From: a virus
Lineage: Duplodnaviria > Caudoviricetes
Length of the DNA: 62,735 nt
Strand: one strand, 5' to 3'
Virus record (IMG/VR): IMGVR_UViG_3300042448_001551
Coordinates: 1-62,735 of that record
The notes beneath the pieces were generated by a model that worked only from the letters and a program-made list of their open reading frames with translations, made no database searches and was not told where the DNA came from. This document shows, piece after piece, positions 52,540-62,735 of the stretch. Each line of letters begins with the position of its first letter. The first letter of the stretch is position 1. A program made the position numbers and the translations under genes.

Positions 52540-54012
52540 ATGTATTTTCCACACGCCTTTAGGAAGTCGTTTTTACCAGCAAGTACGACTTTGGCAACAA
52601 CTGGTTCTACACAGAACCTTACCGCTGGTCAAGTAGGTTTCTTTGATGCAAAGAGCTATGCTGTAGTATCTGCTCAAGCTGCTCCATTTATTGTAGCTCA
52701 AGGATCTTACTTTAACACAGATAAAATTGGACCTGTTCATGGTGGTTACAAAGAGTCTATTAAGTCAAAAGTGATTAACCCTAAGTATGTTAGTCGTTTG
52801 ATTAAAGTGGCTGCTAAAACTCCAGTACAACAAGTGGTTAAAGTGAGTGTAAATGGTGGATTGACTGCCGATAGTACATTTAGACTTCGTTTAGATGTAA
52901 AAGGTTCTCCAGCTTTACGTTTCTTAAATCACCAATTGTATAAGACTTTAGATGCTTATACTGGTTGTGCTGACACAACTAACCCCACTTATGTGAAAGA
53001 TCCTGTAGCTTCTTTGTTACAATGGAAAGATCAAATTAACAACACTATCATTTTTAACGAAATGGTAAGTGCAAGAGTGTACAAGTATGTAACTGTATTA
53101 CCAGCTACTGGTGCTGTAACTGCTACCACTTCTCAAACAACTATTCCTATGTCTAGCACAACTGGTGTTGTGGTTGGTCAAAAAGTAGTTGGTACTGGTA
53201 TTCCAGCAAATAGCTTTGTAACAACTGTTACTGCTAGCACAAGTATTGTAATTAAGTATCCAACTCAAGCTGTTGCTCCTACTATTAGTGCATCTGTAAG
53301 CATGAAGTTTTACACTGATGTTTATAGTGAAGCTGGCGTTGTTGCTACTATTCCTGGTACTTCTACAGCGACTGGTCTTACATCTGCTGCTTACGTTGCT
53401 TCTGCTGATGCAGCTTCTTTTACTTTTACTGAAGCTCCTTTTATTGAAATCACTGCTGGTTTCGTAGAAACTAAGTTTGGTGGATGTAGCACAAATCTTG
53501 GAACTTTCACTGCTAGTGACAAATACGAAGTTGAACCTTTAGTAATCTATGCATCTGTAAAAGATGAGTCTGGTGAACCATGTTTAGTTAGTGCATTTGT
53601 TGCAAACACTGGAACTATTTCAGCTACAAATCCTTATTTATCTAGTCATGGTATTGAGGTACAAGCTCCTGTACAAGCTCAAGGTTCTGGTGAAGCTGTT
53701 TTACGTGAGCTTATTTTAGATGGTCGTTATTTACAAAATGCTTTTCCTGATAGTGCTCGTACAGACTCTTTCAGAATGAGAGAAATTGAAGCTGACCCAG
53801 CTTTATTAACAGTAAACCGTAATGGTTTATATGATAGAGTTTTGGTTCTTCATAACGTACCAAGATTTTACAATCCTACTGGTAGCTTTGATAATGATCA
53901 ATATTTGCTAGTGTTCCACGTTCCAGCTGGAACTAGTACCACTACAATTACTGACTTTATTACAAACTCTTGTACTGCTGCTGGTAATGGTGTTACTTTA
54001 GAATCTTACTAA
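52540..54012 (+). CDS. Abundant structural protein (auxiliary capsid or tail)
   Basis: Ala/Thr/Val-rich 490-aa protein with an internal beta-rich insertion, followed by a terminator at about 54034-54068. Confidence 0.6.
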   Translation: MYFPHAFRKSFLPASTTLATTGSTQNLTAGQVGFFDAKSYAVVSAQAAPFIVAQGSYFNTDKIGPVHGGYKESIKSKVINPKYVSRLIKVAAKTPVQQVVKVSVNGGLTADSTFRLRLDVKGSPALRFLNHQLYKTLDAYTGCADTTNPTYVKDPVASLLQWKDQINNTIIFNEMVSARVYKYVTVLPATGAVTATTSQTTIPMSSTTGVVVGQKVVGTGIPANSFVTTVTASTSIVIKYPTQAVAPTISASVSMKFYTDVYSEAGVVATIPGTSTATGLTSAAYVASADAASFTFTEAPFIEITAGFVETKFGGCSTNLGTFTASDKYEVEPLVIYASVKDESGEPCLVSAFVANTGTISATNPYLSSHGIEVQAPVQAQGSGEAVLRELILDGRYLQNAFPDSARTDSFRMREIEADPALLTVNRNGLYDRVLVLHNVPRFYNPTGSFDNDQYLLVFHVPAGTSTTTITDFITNSCTAAGNGVTLESY

Positions 54013-54146
54013 TCCTAAGATTTGAAACATACTAGGAGGGCTCAAAACTGAGCTCTCCTTTTTGTTTTGGATAAGTCCTGAAAAATCAGTATATTAATAT
54101 TGAGAACCTTTAAGTTTTTATTACATAAATTTATAAAGTTTATATT

Positions 54147-54698
54147 ATGGCCGCTAAACACCAATTAAGTTTAGAACTTCCTGATACTAATAATATCAAG
54201 GTTTTACGTTTATTTGACACAAGTACTTATGTTGAAAATATACCTGTTGACTGTAGCACATTACGTATTACATCACCTGGATTTAATTTACCTGTAGCAA
54301 TAGAGGTTTTACCTCAATTTAATGTAGTTTTAAATGCATGTACTTTAGGATTACAAAGATCTGGATGTTCTGAACTATCCCAACCTCTTCCTGATGGAAT
54401 TTATGTTATTAACTATTCTGTTTCTCCTAATACAAATGTATTCGTAGAATATAATCATTTAAGGGTGACACAAACTACTAATAAGTATTTTAATTTAATG
54501 TGTCAACTAGAAATGGCAGCTTGTGAACCAAGTGCAGATGTAAAAGAACAGTTAGAAGAATTAAGACTTATTAAAAGTTTTATAGATGCTGCAAAAGTAA
54601 AAGTGGAATACTGCCATGAACCAGAAGTGGGCATGGATCTTTTAATTTATGCACAAAAAAGACTAGAAAAATATACTAGTAAATGTGCTAGTTGTTAA
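54147..54698 (+). CDS. Putative tail ring or adaptor protein
   Basis: LPDGIYVINYSV.PN motif; located in the tail block. Confidence 0.55.
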   Translation: MAAKHQLSLELPDTNNIKVLRLFDTSTYVENIPVDCSTLRITSPGFNLPVAIEVLPQFNVVLNACTLGLQRSGCSELSQPLPDGIYVINYSVSPNTNVFVEYNHLRVTQTTNKYFNLMCQLEMAACEPSADVKEQLEELRLIKSFIDAAKVKVEYCHEPEVGMDLLIYAQKRLEKYTSKCASC

Positions 54699-54719
54699 GA
54701 TATTAAAACCAATAAATAC

Positions 54720-54899
54720 ATGAGAACTTGTACTAATTGTAATGCACAAATTACATGTGGTTGTCAAGATAGAATAGCCACAGATGGAAAATTAGTTTGT
54801 AGTAGTTGTGTAGCAACTTATGAACAAACTTTAATCCAGAAAAAAGTAAATGAATCTAAACTTTATTCCTCTGATATAAATGAGAACACTACTTTCTAA
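54720..54899 (+). CDS. Small Cys-rich (Zn-binding) protein (59 aa)
   Basis: Manual translation MRTCTNCNAQITCGCQDRIATDGKLVCSSC... Confidence 0.6.
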   Translation: MRTCTNCNAQITCGCQDRIATDGKLVCSSCVATYEQTLIQKKVNESKLYSSDINENTTF

Positions 54900-55497
54900 A
54901 AAAGAAAAATACTATAAAGATTTTGCTGCTGTTATTGTAAAACAATACAAGCAAATGAAATATGGTATTGCTACATGCACACCATTAAAAAATGATGATT
55001 TAGCTTCTATTAGAGCTGAAATTGTACAGTGGCAAACAAACTCTGATGATGATGCTCTATCTCAATCAAATATAAATTACACTACTTGGCTTCCTGTTAA
55101 TTATAGGAATGATGCATTAGTTAATTATGATCCTAATAAAAATGCTTGGGGACCTGGGTATGTACAAACATCAAATCCTCATGGTTCCTCATCTATAGGT
55201 ATGGGTTACACTTATGGAAATGGTACTCAAAATATTATTGAGGTAAATACAGGTGGTTGTATAACTAGAATAAATTTAAATCCAGCCATTACTATAAACC
55301 AAAATAGTTCATTTGAGTTTATACAGTCTACACCCTCTAATGTTTGGACTATAGAACATAACATGGGAATAGTTCCAAATGTAACTACAGAAGATTTATT
55401 AGGTAATGATATTTCTGGTGTAATAGAAGTTGTAAATAATAACACTTTAAAAATCTACTTTAATACAGCAATTGCTGGTAAAGCTTATTTATCATAA
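54880..55497 (+). CDS. Tail-associated protein
   Basis: The C-terminal FIQSTPSNVWTIEHNMG..P...AGKAYLS domain is typical of phage fibre or baseplate proteins. Confidence 0.65.
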   Translation: MRTLLSKKEKYYKDFAAVIVKQYKQMKYGIATCTPLKNDDLASIRAEIVQWQTNSDDDALSQSNINYTTWLPVNYRNDALVNYDPNKNAWGPGYVQTSNPHGSSSIGMGYTYGNGTQNIIEVNTGGCITRINLNPAITINQNSSFEFIQSTPSNVWTIEHNMGIVPNVTTEDLLGNDISGVIEVVNNNTLKIYFNTAIAGKAYLS

Positions 55498-58400
55498 TGT
55501 CATTATCTAAATCATATTTACACGATATACTTGCAAAAGCTAAATTAGATGTAACTGATACCACTACGTTGCGTACAGTTGAAAATTCTAATATAGACAC
55601 TGATAAATTTTTAGTGGTAGAAAATAATGTTGTTAAGTATAGGACTGGAGAACAATTACTTGCAGATATTGGAGTGATTGGTTTAAATATGACTACAATA
55701 GTAGAGCCTTTGTATTTTCAAATTATAAATAGTGTTCCAACATTATTTATTACTAAGGCTGATACTGATACTAATGGGTATTTATCTTTTGAAGATTGGA
55801 ACACTTTTAACAATAAACAACCTTTTATAACTCCTGGTACAAATCTTCAGTATTGGAGAGGAGATAAAACCTGGCAAACTTTAGACACTTTAGTAGTTCC
55901 TGAAAATACTAATTTATATTTTACTAATGCTAGAGCTAGACAATCTATTAGTCTTACCACTCTTAATAATTCTGGATCATCTGCTTATGATTCAGGTACT
56001 GGAGTATTAAATGTACCTACTTACACTCTTTCTGGTCTTGGTGGAGAACCTATTATTACTCCAGGTACTAATTTACAATACTGGAGAGGGGACAAAACTT
56101 GGCAGACATTAGATACATCTATTGTTCCAGAAAATACTAATCTTTATTATACACAAGGAAGATTTGATTTAGCATTTTCTGCTAAATCTACAACTAATTT
56201 AGCTGAGGGTCTTAATTTATATTATACTAATGAAAGAGCAAGAGCTTCTATAACTCTAACTACAACAGGTTCATCTGGTGTGGCTAGTTATTTTTCTGAT
56301 ACTGGTATTCTTAACATTCCAGAATATACACTTTCTGGACTAGGTGGCGTACCTTCTACTAGAACATTAACTATTAATGGAGTTACTTATGATCTTTCTG
56401 CTAATAGAAGTTGGTCTATTGTAGCAGGTGTTTCTAGTATAACTAGCAATGCTCCCTTACATTCCACTAATGTAGATGGTGCTGTTACAATATCTATTTA
56501 TCAAGCTAATACAGGTGTAGACGGATATTTATCATCTACAGATTGGAACACTTTTAATTCTAAAGAACCTGCTATAGCTTCGGGCAGTAACACTCAATAC
56601 TGGCGTGGGGATAAATCTTGGCAAACCCTTAACACTTCTGTTGTTACAGAAGGAACTAATTTATATTTTACAGATTTAAGAGCAAGAACTGCTATTTCAT
56701 TAACTACTAATGGTAATAATGGAGCATCAACTTATTCAACATCAACTGGAATATTTAATATTCCTGAATATACTCTTGCTGGCCTTGGTGGTGTACCAAG
56801 TACAAGAACCATCACTATAGATGGGGTTACTTATGATCTGAGTATTAATAGAACTTGGAATGTTTTACCAGCTCATGGAACTGCAGGCCAAATTTTAGCA
56901 AAGATTAACGGAACTAGTTATAATACAGAATGGATAGATAACTACACTAGTTCTGTTAAACATTTAGTTAGTCTTTCAGAAGCAATGACTATTGGTACAG
57001 CAGTTTATGTATCAAGTGCTAATGGTACAAACATGGTTGTATCAAAAGCTTCTAATGTTGGAGAATCCACGTCTAGTAAAACAATGGGTATTATTGCGTT
57101 TTCTGGATCTGCTAATGCTCAAGGATTTTTAATAACAGAAGGACTTTTATCTGGTATAAATACAAGTCTTGCTAATGCTGGAGATCCAGTTTGGTTAGGT
57201 GTTAATGGTCAGTTATTGTTTGGTTTATCTAATAAACCACAAGCTCCAGCCCATATGGTATTTTTGGGTATTGTTACTAGAGTGCAACAAAATAATGGAG
57301 AAATTTTTGTAAAAGTTCAAAACGGTTTTGAGCTTCAAGAATTACATAATGTATTTTTAAATGGAACAGCCAATAATCAAATCTTAGTTTATGAAAGTGC
57401 TACTAGTCTTTGGAAAGCAAAGTCTATTACTACTATACTAGGATATACACCTGTTTCAACAACTTCTAATTTAACAACTTCTTATATACCAAAAGCTTCT
57501 GGCTCAACTAGTTTAATAAATAGTAATATTTCAGATGATGGTACCACTATTAAATTAAACTCTAATGCTAGAGTGATTGGTAATTTACAGATTGATGGTA
57601 ACTTTATTGTAGGTGGAACTACCACTACAGTGGGTGCTATTAATTTATCTGTTTCAGATAATATGATTTATCTGAATAATGCAATAGAAACTAATATAAC
57701 TAATGTTGTAGGTAATGGAACCACAGTGACTTATACTGCTGATAATAATTATGTAGCAGGTATGTCAGTGACAATTACTGGTGTAAATCCAAGTTCTTTT
57801 AATCTATCTAATCAAACTATAGTTTCAGCTGACGCAACATCGTTTACTATTAATAGTACAGTGGTTGCTACTTATATAGGTGGTGGTACAGCTAGAGCTA
57901 AATCAAATGCAAATCCAGATCTTGGTTGGGCTGCTGGTTATAATGATGGAACCTATCACCATACAGGTCTTTTTAGAGATGCTACGGATGGTGTATACAA
58001 ATTTTTTCAAGGTTATATACCTGAACCAGATCTTTCTGTATTTATAGATACATCAGATCCTTCTTTTCAATTAGCTCAAGTACAAGCGTCTAAATTTATA
58101 GGACCTTTACAAGGTAATGCAGACACTGTTACTAATGGTGTTTACACTAGCAGAACTTTAACAATTAATGGTGTAACTTATGATTTAAGTGCTAACAGAA
58201 GTTGGACAATTACTGCAGGAGTATCCTCTGTTACAGCATCTAGTCCTTTAACATCTAGTGGGGGTTCTACACCAAATATTTCTATATCACAAGCTACTAG
58301 CACTACAAACGGTTATTTAAGTTCTACAGATTGGAACATTTTTAATAACAAACAAAATGCATTTACATTAACAACCACTGGTTCTTCTGGTTCTGCTACA

Positions 58401-59534
58401 TATTTAACTAATGTACTAAACATTCCTACTTACACTTTAAGTGGTTTAGGTGGTGTACCAACGTCTCGTATATTAACAATAAATGGAACTGGTTATGATT
58501 TATCAACAGATAGAAGTTGGAGTGTAGGCACTGTAACAAGTGTAGCTGCTTTAACAATAGGAACAACTGGTACTGATGTAAGCTCAACAGTGGCAACAGG
58601 AACAACCACTCCTGTTATTACATTAAATATTCCCACTTCTTCTGCTACAAATAGAGGTGTTTTATCTTCTACTGATTGGAACACATTTAATAATAAACAA
58701 AATGCTTTAGGTTATACACCTGTAAATCAAACGAGAACATTAACTATCAATGGTGTAGGTTATGATCTTTCAGCAGATAGATCTTGGACTATAACAGCTG
58801 GTGTATCTGGGTCTGGTGTAGCTAATCAACTTACTTACTGGAATGGTACAAGTTCTGTAACTAGTTCTGCTTCATACACTTTTAATCCTTCTGTTACAGC
58901 TTCTTCAGCTTTAGGAAGAAGTTTATATTTAGCTCCTACAGTTATTGCAGCAGCTAACAATGATGTGTTATCATCATTTGACATTAATCCTACATTTACT
59001 AATGGAGCTTTTACAGGTGTTACAAATTATGGTTTAAGAGTTTTAAATGGATCTACTTATTTTTATCATCCCGTAGTTGGTGCTACAGTATTTACCGTAC
59101 AAGGCACAACTGGTCAATTATTTACAGTTTCAGATATAACCACTGGAAACTTACTACAAGTGAATGATGTTTCAGGACTTCCTCTAATGGCTGTAAATGC
59201 TAATGGAGCTTTATACATGTATTCGGCTTCAGCTACTGGAATATCTACATCTCCTTATACAATTTATACATTAGATGAGACAACTGGAACGGCAGCTTAT
59301 TTTGATTATAGAGTGACAAACACAGTTAATAATGGATGGAGAGCAGGAACAGTGATGGCTGTTTGGAATCCAACAACTAATGTGGTTGAATTTACAGATA
59401 CATCCACTGCTGATCTTACAGCAACTACATCAGGACTTTCTTGGTCTGTAGCTGTAACTGGGACTAATGTACAACTTTCAGCTATTATAACTTCTGGTAC
59501 ATGGAATATTAAAATAGGAGCAAGAGTGATATGA
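55497..59534 (+). CDS. Long tail fibre protein with internal repeats
   Basis: 1345 aa, Thr/Ser/Gly-rich, with repeated QYWRGDK.WQTL, TINGVTYDLS.NRSW, LSSTDWN.FN.K and NIP.YTL.GLGG modules. Confidence 0.85.
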   Translation: MSLSKSYLHDILAKAKLDVTDTTTLRTVENSNIDTDKFLVVENNVVKYRTGEQLLADIGVIGLNMTTIVEPLYFQIINSVPTLFITKADTDTNGYLSFEDWNTFNNKQPFITPGTNLQYWRGDKTWQTLDTLVVPENTNLYFTNARARQSISLTTLNNSGSSAYDSGTGVLNVPTYTLSGLGGEPIITPGTNLQYWRGDKTWQTLDTSIVPENTNLYYTQGRFDLAFSAKSTTNLAEGLNLYYTNERARASITLTTTGSSGVASYFSDTGILNIPEYTLSGLGGVPSTRTLTINGVTYDLSANRSWSIVAGVSSITSNAPLHSTNVDGAVTISIYQANTGVDGYLSSTDWNTFNSKEPAIASGSNTQYWRGDKSWQTLNTSVVTEGTNLYFTDLRARTAISLTTNGNNGASTYSTSTGIFNIPEYTLAGLGGVPSTRTITIDGVTYDLSINRTWNVLPAHGTAGQILAKINGTSYNTEWIDNYTSSVKHLVSLSEAMTIGTAVYVSSANGTNMVVSKASNVGESTSSKTMGIIAFSGSANAQGFLITEGLLSGINTSLANAGDPVWLGVNGQLLFGLSNKPQAPAHMVFLGIVTRVQQNNGEIFVKVQNGFELQELHNVFLNGTANNQILVYESATSLWKAKSITTILGYTPVSTTSNLTTSYIPKASGSTSLINSNISDDGTTIKLNSNARVIGNLQIDGNFIVGGTTTTVGAINLSVSDNMIYLNNAIETNITNVVGNGTTVTYTADNNYVAGMSVTITGVNPSSFNLSNQTIVSADATSFTINSTVVATYIGGGTARAKSNANPDLGWAAGYNDGTYHHTGLFRDATDGVYKFFQGYIPEPDLSVFIDTSDPSFQLAQVQASKFIGPLQGNADTVTNGVYTSRTLTINGVTYDLSANRSWTITAGVSSVTASSPLTSSGGSTPNISISQATSTTNGYLSSTDWNIFNNKQNAFTLTTTGSSGSATYLTNVLNIPTYTLSGLGGVPTSRILTINGTGYDLSTDRSWSVGTVTSVAALTIGTTGTDVSSTVATGTTTPVITLNIPTSSATNRGVLSSTDWNTFNNKQNALGYTPVNQTRTLTINGVGYDLSADRSWTITAGVSGSGVANQLTYWNGTSSVTSSASYTFNPSVTASSALGRSLYLAPTVIAAANNDVLSSFDINPTFTNGAFTGVTNYGLRVLNGSTYFYHPVVGATVFTVQGTTGQLFTVSDITTGNLLQVNDVSGLPLMAVNANGALYMYSASATGISTSPYTIYTLDETTGTAAYFDYRVTNTVNNGWRAGTVMAVWNPTTNVVEFTDTSTADLTATTSGLSWSVAVTGTNVQLSAIITSGTWNIKIGARVI

Positions 59535-60262
59535 GTTTAGTAATTAAAGGACAAACAGTTTATGGAGTTAAACCTATTGTAACAGATGGGCTTGTTTTAT
59601 ATTTGGATGCAGCTAACACTAAAAGTTATCCTGGTACAGGTACAACATGGGCTGATTTAAGTCCTTATAAAACAAATGCTACATTAGTTAATGGTCCTAC
59701 GTACACTCCAGCTAATGCTGGTGGTATTGTATTTGATGGTACTAATGATGGAGTCACTTTGCAAGCTTCAACACTTTGGAATGTTGGTGCTTCTGATTTT
59801 ACTATTGAATTCTGGTTTAGAAGGACTGGAACTAGTCAAGCTTATGGTAGGTATTTTCAACTAACTAATGGTGATACTTATAGCGCATTTAGTTTAGCTG
59901 TAAAAGGGACAAACCAAGATCAATTATCATTCTCTATGACTACTGCAAATGGAAGTTGGAATGTTTTAAATGATGCTACAATAGGAACTTTAACAGCAGG
60001 ACGATTCAATCATGTTGTTATTTCAAGAATAGGGACAAATTTTTATCTATATTTAAACACAGTTCAAAGTCTGATTACTACTAGTGCAGCATCACTATAT
60101 TATGCAGCTGGTGGTGTACCTATAATTGGAGGTCAAACAATTGGTACAGCTAGATCTTTAGCTGGTATAATTTCTTTGTTTAAATTTTACAAAGGAAAAG
60201 GGCTTACATTAGCCGAAGTAACACAAAATTATAATGCTTTAAAAGGGAGGTTTGGATTATGA
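59531..60262 (+). CDS. LamG/concanavalin-like domain protein (receptor binding)
   Basis: GLVLYLDAAN..SYPGTGTTW.DLS, FDGTND, FTIEFW and NYNALKGRFGL motifs. Confidence 0.85.
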   Translation: MSLVIKGQTVYGVKPIVTDGLVLYLDAANTKSYPGTGTTWADLSPYKTNATLVNGPTYTPANAGGIVFDGTNDGVTLQASTLWNVGASDFTIEFWFRRTGTSQAYGRYFQLTNGDTYSAFSLAVKGTNQDQLSFSMTTANGSWNVLNDATIGTLTAGRFNHVVISRIGTNFYLYLNTVQSLITTSAASLYYAAGGVPIIGGQTIGTARSLAGIISLFKFYKGKGLTLAEVTQNYNALKGRFGL

Positions 60263-61584
60263 GCAGTTTAATAGGAACAAATAGTACTATAACAGATGGA
60301 TTAGTATTATGTATTGATATAGGAAATAATAAATCTTATAATAGTACAAGTAACACTTGTCGAGATATAAGTCCTTATAATAGATTGTGTACATTAAATA
60401 ATTCGCCAATATACCTTTCTGATAATGTTGGAAGTTTAGTATTTGATGGAGTCAATGCAAAATCAGTAACCTTTACTCCAACTTCATTACCATCAGGAAA
60501 TCAATCATTTTCAATTAGTTTATGGGCAAAATTAAATAGTATACCTACTGGTGGGGATAACAGAAAATTTATATTTAGTTATGGAAACGGTTCTTATGGG
60601 CAATGTGTATCAGTTGGTATAAAAGGTAGTAGTTACTTTATAGGTTCTTTCGGTCTTGATAAAACTATAACTGGCACTACAGTTCAAACTAAAAAATGGT
60701 TTAATTTAGTCATAACAAAAGATGCTACTAATTTAAAAGCATATTTAAATGGAGTTGAAATATATTCAACTGATACACCAACTTATAATATAGTATTATC
60801 AAGTGGTTTAATTGGTGGTGGACTTGAAGGTCTATTACCTTGGAATGGAAATATTAGTATTGCTAAAGTATATAACACCACTTTATCGGCAGCAGATATT
60901 TTAAAAGATTATACAATTATTGTTAAAAGATATCTATATACTCCACCTCCTGGTAGCATTATCAAAACAAATCTTAAATTCTACGTAGATGCAGGCGATA
61001 TAACATCATATCCAGGAACAGGAACTACTTGGTATGATATAAGTGGTAGTGGTACAAATGCTACACTATATAATGGACCTACATATAATAGTTTTGGTGA
61101 AGGATCTATATTATTTGATGGGGTTGATGATTGGGGTAGTTTTGACGGAACAAATTTACCTTATGGAAACAGTGCAAGAACAATATCTACTTGGCTATAT
61201 TGTACTGACTTAACTTATTTTAACTGGGTTTTTTCTTATGGAAATTACACAAATAATCAGTTTTTATCTTTAGGTAATAACTGGGCAAGTTATTGTTTTG
61301 GTACTGGATATGATGTTCTTGCTAATGGATTTTCAACTAATAAATGGATTAACCTTGTAGGAACTTATAATGGAACAGCAGCTAAATTATATGCTAACGG
61401 TACTTTATTAACTTCTACAAATAGGACTTGGAACACTGTTCAAAATTATGTAGAGATAGGAAGAGGATTCACACAAGATAATTTTCCTGGGTATATATCA
61501 TCTATAGCCATATATAATGTGGAATTAACAGACACTCAAATTTTAAATAATTATAACGCATTAAAAGGAAGATTTGGTTTATAA
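60259..61584 (+). CDS. Tandem LamG/concanavalin-like domain protein
   Basis: Two copies of the same domain pattern and the same NYNALKGRFGL C-terminus. Confidence 0.85.
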   Translation: MSSLIGTNSTITDGLVLCIDIGNNKSYNSTSNTCRDISPYNRLCTLNNSPIYLSDNVGSLVFDGVNAKSVTFTPTSLPSGNQSFSISLWAKLNSIPTGGDNRKFIFSYGNGSYGQCVSVGIKGSSYFIGSFGLDKTITGTTVQTKKWFNLVITKDATNLKAYLNGVEIYSTDTPTYNIVLSSGLIGGGLEGLLPWNGNISIAKVYNTTLSAADILKDYTIIVKRYLYTPPPGSIIKTNLKFYVDAGDITSYPGTGTTWYDISGSGTNATLYNGPTYNSFGEGSILFDGVDDWGSFDGTNLPYGNSARTISTWLYCTDLTYFNWVFSYGNYTNNQFLSLGNNWASYCFGTGYDVLANGFSTNKWINLVGTYNGTAAKLYANGTLLTSTNRTWNTVQNYVEIGRGFTQDNFPGYISSIAIYNVELTDTQILNNYNALKGRFGL

Positions 61585-61597
61585 ATAAATTTAATAT

Positions 61598-61864
61598 ATG
61601 GAAATTAAAGAGTATGAGAGTAGACAGTTTATGATATTTGATGTTATAGAATTAAATAAAATAGATTTTACTCAAGTCTTAGAAACATCATCAGAAACAG
61701 TTAGAAAATCCGTAGATAACACAAAAACATTTGTAAAATGGGAAGGAGCTGTAATTCCAGATTGTGTTTTAGATCTATATACAAAAAAAGGTCCTTATAC
61801 GTATTCTGAAATACTTTCTATACTAGATACACCAGAGTGGCAAAACATTCATATAACAATTTAA
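61598..61864 (+). CDS. Small tail-associated hypothetical protein
   Basis: IDFTQVLETS..TVRKS.D.TKTFVKW motif. Confidence 0.65.
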   Translation: MEIKEYESRQFMIFDVIELNKIDFTQVLETSSETVRKSVDNTKTFVKWEGAVIPDCVLDLYTKKGPYTYSEILSILDTPEWQNIHITI

Positions 61865-61902
61865 AAACTTTACCTGTTGGATAGTGAAAACAGATAATTA
61901 TT

Positions 61903-62735
61903 ATGGCAAATGAATTTATAGCCAAGAAAGGTCTTGGTATTGGAAACTTAGTTTCCACACTTTTAAAAGTTAATGCTAGTGGTATAGTGGTAGCAGCAGT
62001 GCCTGGTACAGATTATTTATCTACTATTACATTAACCACCACTGGTAATAGTGGAGCTGCCACTTTCTCTAGTGGAACTTTAAATATACCTAATTACACT
62101 TTAGCTGGTCTTGGTGGTCAGCCTCAACTTAATGGTACAGGCTTTGTAAAAATCTCTGGTACAACAATTAGTTATGATAATAGTACTTATTATTTAGCAT
62201 CTAATCCGAATGGATATACATCAAATACTGGTACAGTAACATCTGTAGCTACATCTGGCGGTTATGGTGGATTAACATTAACTGGAGGTACTATAACTAC
62301 AAGTGGAACTATAACTTTAGGAGGAACTCCTACAGGTACGTGGCCTATTAGCGTGACTGGTAATGCTGCTACAGCAACTTATGCTACAACACTTTATTCC
62401 AATGACGTAAGAACTATATCTCCAAGTTCTGCAACTGCATATAGAGCAACTTATGGGTTTACATCATGGGGAAATAATAATACTTCACCCTATGCAGATT
62501 ATCTTCATTTTAGAGGATATTCTGATGCATCAGGTGGTGCTGATAATCTAATAATGTTTAGAAAAGATGCAATTGGAATGAGGATATGGCAACAATCTTA
62601 TGGAAGTACTACAGCATATAGTAATTATGTAGATGTTTTACACAGTTCTAATTACACATCATATGCTTTACCATTATCAGGTGGTAGTTTAAGTGGAGCA
62701 ATTACATTTTCAAATTTATCTGGTGGTATACGTGT
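61903..62735 (+). CDS. Second tail fibre protein, N-terminal part (runs off the window edge)
   Basis: Open frame from MANEFIAKKGL; shares the LTTTGNSGAATFSSGTLNIPNYTLAGLGG module with 55497..59534. Confidence 0.8.
   Translation, partial: MANEFIAKKGLGIGNLVSTLLKVNASGIVVAAVPGTDYLSTITLTTTGNSGAATFSSGTLNIPNYTLAGLGGQPQLNGTGFVKISGTTISYDNSTYYLASNPNGYTSNTGTVTSVATSGGYGGLTLTGGTITTSGTITLGGTPTGTWPISVTGNAATATYATTLYSNDVRTISPSSATAYRATYGFTSWGNNNTSPYADYLHFRGYSDASGGADNLIMFRKDAIGMRIWQQSYGSTTAYSNYVDVLHSSNYTSYALPLSGGSLSGAITFSNLSGGIR

Noticed and set aside
443-58684. Many antisense ORFs in the track (e.g. 443-706, 10835-11353, 31698-31967, 42833-43033, 58493-58684) and the alternate-frame ORF 7975-8352
   Set aside because: They are shadows of well-supported genes on the other strand or frame, with hydrophobic low-information translations and no start context.
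1-62735. Stop-codon reassignment (TAG or TGA), as known in some crAss-like phages
   Set aside because: Terminase, portal, capsid and fibre genes are full length in the standard code, TAG and TGA end genes at sensible positions (e.g. 10144, 21680, 43538, 59534), and no suppressor tRNA was seen.
55497-62735. Diversity-generating retroelement acting on the fibre or LamG genes
   Set aside because: No reverse transcriptase lies in the window, and the repeats are in-frame with synonymous differences rather than an adenine-specific template/variable pair.

Overview
The window is an AT-rich fragment of a lytic dsDNA phage, most consistent with an environmental crAss-like (Crassvirales-type) phage of a Bacteroidota host. 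The basis is the TerL-portal-scaffold-major capsid gene order and TAnnTTTG promoters. It has two divergent arms that switch at about 35.2-35.5 kb. The left arm (mostly minus strand) carries early and accessory genes, two MoxR-AAA/VWA pairs, UDG, an SF2 helicase and a replication block (DnaA-domain-IV-like protein, DnaB, AAA ATPase, primase, HNH). An inverted plus-strand lysis cassette sits inside it. The right arm (plus strand) carries a GNAT, an HU/IHF-like protein, a PD-(D/E)XK nuclease, an ATE1/Bpt-like aminoacyl-tRNA-protein transferase, PhoH, terminase, portal, capsid, tail and LamG fibre genes. No DNA or RNA polymerase gene lies in the window, and the standard genetic code fits. The most unusual content is non-coding, at 22.7-34.9 kb. 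It includes a roughly 950-nt ORF-poor, helix-rich candidate large ncRNA and four tRNA-like elements whose anticodon arms are all defective or absent, one being a 45-nt CCA-ending minihelix. It also includes a twice-repeated 'three-way-junction RNA + tRNA-like RNA' module with a compensatory base change. One phage protein also begins with a eukaryote-type MIB/HERC2-like domain. All homology calls come from motif recognition by eye, not from database searches.
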